Shown piece by piece: positions 34,967 through 37,902 of a stretch of DNA of 37,902 nt. Source of the DNA: Candidatus Xenobia bacterium (lineage in GTDB: Bacteria; Vulcanimicrobiota; Xenobia; Xenobiales; QWHO01); the NCBI GenBank assembly GCA_045863235.1, contig BTUM01000078.1, positions 1 to 37,902 of the forward strand, in the 5' to 3' direction. Both the position numbers and the translations under genes were made by a program. Position 1 is the stretch's first letter. The number at the start of each line of letters is the position of its first letter. The notes under the pieces are model-generated. The model searched no databases. It saw only the letters and a program-made list of their open reading frames with translations, and was not told the DNA's origin.

Positions 34967-36316
34967 TCAGAGCGCAGCCAGGTCTTCCAAGCCCACTTGC
35001 AGCACGTCTCGTCCCAGGCGGCCGAAGCCACTCTTGGAGAACACAGCGTAAATCGGCTTGTGGCCGGACAACTGGTTCACGAACGCAGCCCTCTCACGCA
35101 GCTTTTCGACCTCCGATGCCCCGACCGGCTGGTTGGTCCACTTGCACTCGCCAAAGAGTGCAGTCTGGTCATCATACGCCACCACATCGATCTCCGCGTC
35201 GCCCGTCCACCAGGCGCCGACTCGGTCGGGAGTGAAACCGGACGCCCCACGGGCCACCCACTCACGACAGATGTCCTCAAAGGTCATAGCCACAAAGCTG
35301 GGCAAACCAGGCCTGATCTTGCGCTCCATCACGCGGGTCCAGTGGCCCATCTCGAGCTCGGACTGACTGCCCTGCACGAACCGAAACCAGAAACGTAGGA
35401 AGGGGTCATTGATGCGATAGAGACCCTTGCGGCTTCGCTCGGGTATCTTCTCGGTCGCAGGTACGACCCGCCGGATCAGCTCCAAGCCCATCAAAGTGTC
35501 CAGATAGCGACTGGCAAACGAACTGGATACGCCAGCATCCTGGGCGATTTCATTGAGCCGGGTTGCTCCCCGGGCGATACTCGTAAGAAGGGAGAAGTAA
35601 TTGCGAGGCTCGCGAAGTTCTTGCTGGAGCAAGAAGCGCGGCTCTTCATAAAGGTAGCTGGACGGGTCGAACAGTTCCCGCTCGAGGGCCTCGAAAAGCG
35701 TCGAATCTCCCAATCGCTGCAGATAGGCCGGCACACCACCAAAGCAGGCGTATACCTCAACCTGCTCAGGAAGTGCCAGGTGGGGGCAGAATTCTCGAGC
35801 GTCCCAGAAGCTCAGGGGACGCAATCGCATCTGGGCCGTGCGACGGCCGAACAACGGGCTGCGCTCCGCAAGTACCTCACGCTCCATGAACCCCACCGAC
35901 GAGCCACATAATGTAAGGCGGATAGGACCCTCGCGCCAACCCTGGTCCCAGGCCGACTGAATCAGTGAAGGAAGGGCCGGTTCTGCTTCCACCAGGTAGG
36001 GGAACTCGTCGAGAACGAGGTCCAGTGATGTCTGCCGAGTCCGCAGATATTCAAGCAGCCCACGCCAGTCTGCGACCGACTGTGATCGAAGAAAGTCGTC
36101 CTTGAGATGCTCGCCCAGGCGGGCGCTCAACGCATGGACATGGCCTGTCGACGAACCCAGGTCGCCCTGGTAGTAGACGTGGGGGCGATTTCGGTAGTAG
36201 TGTTTCAGCAACTCTGTCTTGCCGACCCTCCGGCGTCCGTATAAGACCAGAAGCGCGGGAGCTTTTGAAAGAATTCTCTGCAACGACTTCAGCTCGTGCT
36301 GGCGGTTGACGAACAT
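34967..36316 (-). CDS. AAA ATPase (archaeal-ATPase type) with wHTH and DUF234 PD-(D/E)xK-like domain
   Basis: MFVNR..EL, YGRRRVGKT, LDEFPYL, CGSS, GGVP, Y.I.DPFLRFW, EIDVV...GECKW. Confidence 0.9.
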   Translation of the reverse strand: MFVNRQHELKSLQRILSKAPALLVLYGRRRVGKTELLKHYYRNRPHVYYQGDLGSSTGHVHALSARLGEHLKDDFLRSQSVADWRGLLEYLRTRQTSLDLVLDEFPYLVEAEPALPSLIQSAWDQGWREGPIRLTLCGSSVGFMEREVLAERSPLFGRRTAQMRLRPLSFWDAREFCPHLALPEQVEVYACFGGVPAYLQRLGDSTLFEALERELFDPSSYLYEEPRFLLQQELREPRNYFSLLTSIARGATRLNEIAQDAGVSSSFASRYLDTLMGLELIRRVVPATEKIPERSRKGLYRINDPFLRFWFRFVQGSQSELEMGHWTRVMERKIRPGLPSFVAMTFEDICREWVARGASGFTPDRVGAWWTGDAEIDVVAYDDQTALFGECKWTNQPVGASEVEKLRERAAFVNQLSGHKPIYAVFSKSGFGRLGRDVLQVGLEDLAAL

Positions 36317-36325
36317 AGTATATTT

Positions 36326-36342
36326 TGGATTAGACTAATCCA
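36326..36342. promoter_or_regulatory. Perfect 8-1-8 palindrome just upstream of the ATPase start
   Basis: TGGATTAG-A-CTAATCCA, 9 nt from the ATG at 36316. Confidence 0.55.
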
Positions 36343-36707
36343 GAGTAGAATCCTCCAGAGTCGAGCCCACCGTGTACGTTCCCCGGGTAGATAAGCAGGG
36401 GCGTGATCTGGGGTGATCTGGCAGGATGTTGGGTGTGCTGGAGATTAGAGCTGGTGCGGGTTTGGGTGGGTTGGGGTGTTTCTGGGATGTCGTGGTGATC
36501 GGGTGTGATTTTGAGGCCGGTGCTCATTTGGTGATCAACGACCGGGCTCACGGCGTACCCTGAGCCCAGCTCTCACCAGCTGCAACGCAACGCGCGCGCG
36601 CCATCCTATTTTGGGGTCCGTGCCGTCCATGGATGAGAAGACTCAGAAATCGAAACAAAATTGCAGGTGGTCCGTTCGGAAGAAGACTGCAACGTAGGTT
36701 GTTTTGT

Positions 36708-36975
36708 CTGTGTCTCTCACTCACGAGGTGGTGTAACTTGGGGAGAGGGTAGCTCCCTTACCTCGCGCTGGGCAGACGAAGCGGTAGCGAAGTCTGCCCA
36801 GCGCTGGCGCGGCCGCTGACCTCCCCAACTTGACAAAAAGTCATCGGTATAGTCCTGGTGATTGAGTAGCATTCAATACCTAGGAGGACAACCGATGACC
36901 GAAGACACCATGCCATTGATCGAGCTGCTGCGCAAGTACGGAGTACGGAGTACGGGGCCGACAATGAGGGCAGGC
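36708..36975 (+). mobile_element. IS256-family left-end remnant with truncated, frameshifted transposase start
   Basis: GTGGTGTAAC end-like motif (36728-36737). GTCATCGGT...ACCGATGAC hairpin over GGAGG and ATG 36895. N-terminus MTEDTMPLIELLRK resembles IS256 transposase starts as I recall them. Confidence 0.55.
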
Positions 36976-37172
36976 CACCACGGCCATCGTGAGGATGGCC
37001 AGACAGAAGCACTCCAAGAGCGAGAACAGTCGCCAGTGCGACCCCGCGGACGTACTCCATCCAGTTGCGTTGCACAAACGCCAGTGAGCGGATTTGCGAA
37101 TCTCAAAGCCACATGGCTACAGGCCGCCTGAGCTACCGATCTTTCGGGTCAGCACCTTTCGGGGAACATCAG

Positions 37173-37601
37173 TTAGCGTGATTTGCCGACCTCGGTTGGC
37201 CACCACTCTCTTTCCGTTCGATTTCTATCATTTGGCTCCAGAAGGACACTGGGTTGAGAATAGTCTAGATCTGCCTCATGCCACCCTACTAAAGAAGCCA
37301 CCACAATTCCCTGGTGTTCTCCGCTGTTTACCAAAAAAATATATCTACCAGCTGAATCAGGTAAGATTTTTGCACATTTGTGAGCGCTATAGAACTCGTC
37401 AGCGGACACCGCTTGAATAAATACATTATCAATAAGACCGGTTGAGAGCATTATCCAGGAAACGTCTTTAAAGAGGATTTCCGCCCGAATTAATCCGGAA
37501 TTAATGTCCCGATTCCGGCGTAAGAGCAGGCAGTCATGACTGGAGGTATAAGACCAAACCTGGAAATTGCCAGCATACTTTACGATGTCGGTTATCGCCA
37601 T
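37173..37601 (-). CDS. Putative polymorphic-toxin immunity protein
   Basis: Low GC; FQVWSY..SH..LLLR...R.EILFK.V pattern. Start overlaps the stop of the toxin-like ORF. Confidence 0.6.
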   Translation of the reverse strand: MAITDIVKYAGNFQVWSYTSSHDCLLLRRNRDINSGLIRAEILFKDVSWIMLSTGLIDNVFIQAVSADEFYSAHKCAKILPDSAGRYIFLVNSGEHQGIVVASLVGWHEADLDYSQPSVLLEPNDRNRTEREWWPTEVGKSR

Positions 37602-37902
37602 GGATTGGGAAGCGACTTTCCGGTTCTATCAACAAAATTTACTTCAGGAAGCTTGTTGTATTTCCAGAGCGTGTATATCTCCCAGTTTGTATTTCCGTCA
37701 TTATGACCTATTCCTCGTCGTACAGCGTTCATGACTTGGTCCTGCAGACCATTTCCCTCGAGCCCGGCGATACTCACTGTCCACTTTGTGTTGGGGTCAT
37801 GGACATACTTTAGGAACGTAACGTCCCAATCCGGATCACGTGTCAACGTCTTAGCTGTCGCTGGCATCCTCGGGCACGACATCCATATCGTAGAGTCCGG
37901 AG
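37592..37902 (-). CDS. Polymorphic toxin C-terminal domain (Ntox27-like), partial or orphan
   Basis: AKTL..DPDW...DPNTK.TVS..GL.G....QVM.A..RG...TNWE...LP.V.F...NPW resembles type-27 toxin tips. The frame is open to the window edge. Confidence 0.55.
   Translation of the reverse strand, partial: PDSTIWMSCPRMPATAKTLTRDPDWDVTFLKYVHDPNTKWTVSIAGLEGNGLQDQVMNAVRRGIGHNDGNTNWEIYTLWKYNKLPEVNFVDRTGKSLPNPWR

Noticed and set aside
1..37902. CRISPR array, tRNA or rRNA genes
   Set aside because: No regularly spaced repeats, cloverleaf motifs or rRNA signatures seen.

Overview
A high-GC bacterial chromosomal window. Lineage is uncertain; the tandem PilZ proteins, the stand-alone STN protein and the small QTKIFEIQQEVT-type protein suggest Ca. 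Eremiobacterota/Vulcanimicrobiota (inference only). Housekeeping genes: an isocitrate/isopropylmalate-family dehydrogenase, an acyl-CoA dehydrogenase, an argG-argH-aldehyde dehydrogenase-YbaK operon, a TrkA/RCK protein, a NatAB-like ABC system with a CAAX-protease fusion, an MFS permease and an M14 peptidase. Signalling genes: a GAF-GGDEF cyclase and two PilZ proteins. Accessory modules: an RHH-DUF5678/retropepsin pair, a methyltransferase-Nudix-like fusion and an AAA-ATPase/DUF234 protein. The right end (about 36.4 kb onward) drops in GC and carries an IS256-like remnant and a polymorphic toxin/immunity pair. The most striking unannotated signal is a ~220-nt minus-strand transcription unit at about 25715-25935. 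It has a near-consensus sigma70 promoter, a terminator, GNRA-capped hairpins, a possible pseudoknot, an 11-nt match to the 16S anti-SD tail, and a 15-codon ORF ending in an SsrA-like -VAA. Several other intergenic regions are also densely structured. All family calls come from motif recognition by eye, not from database searches.
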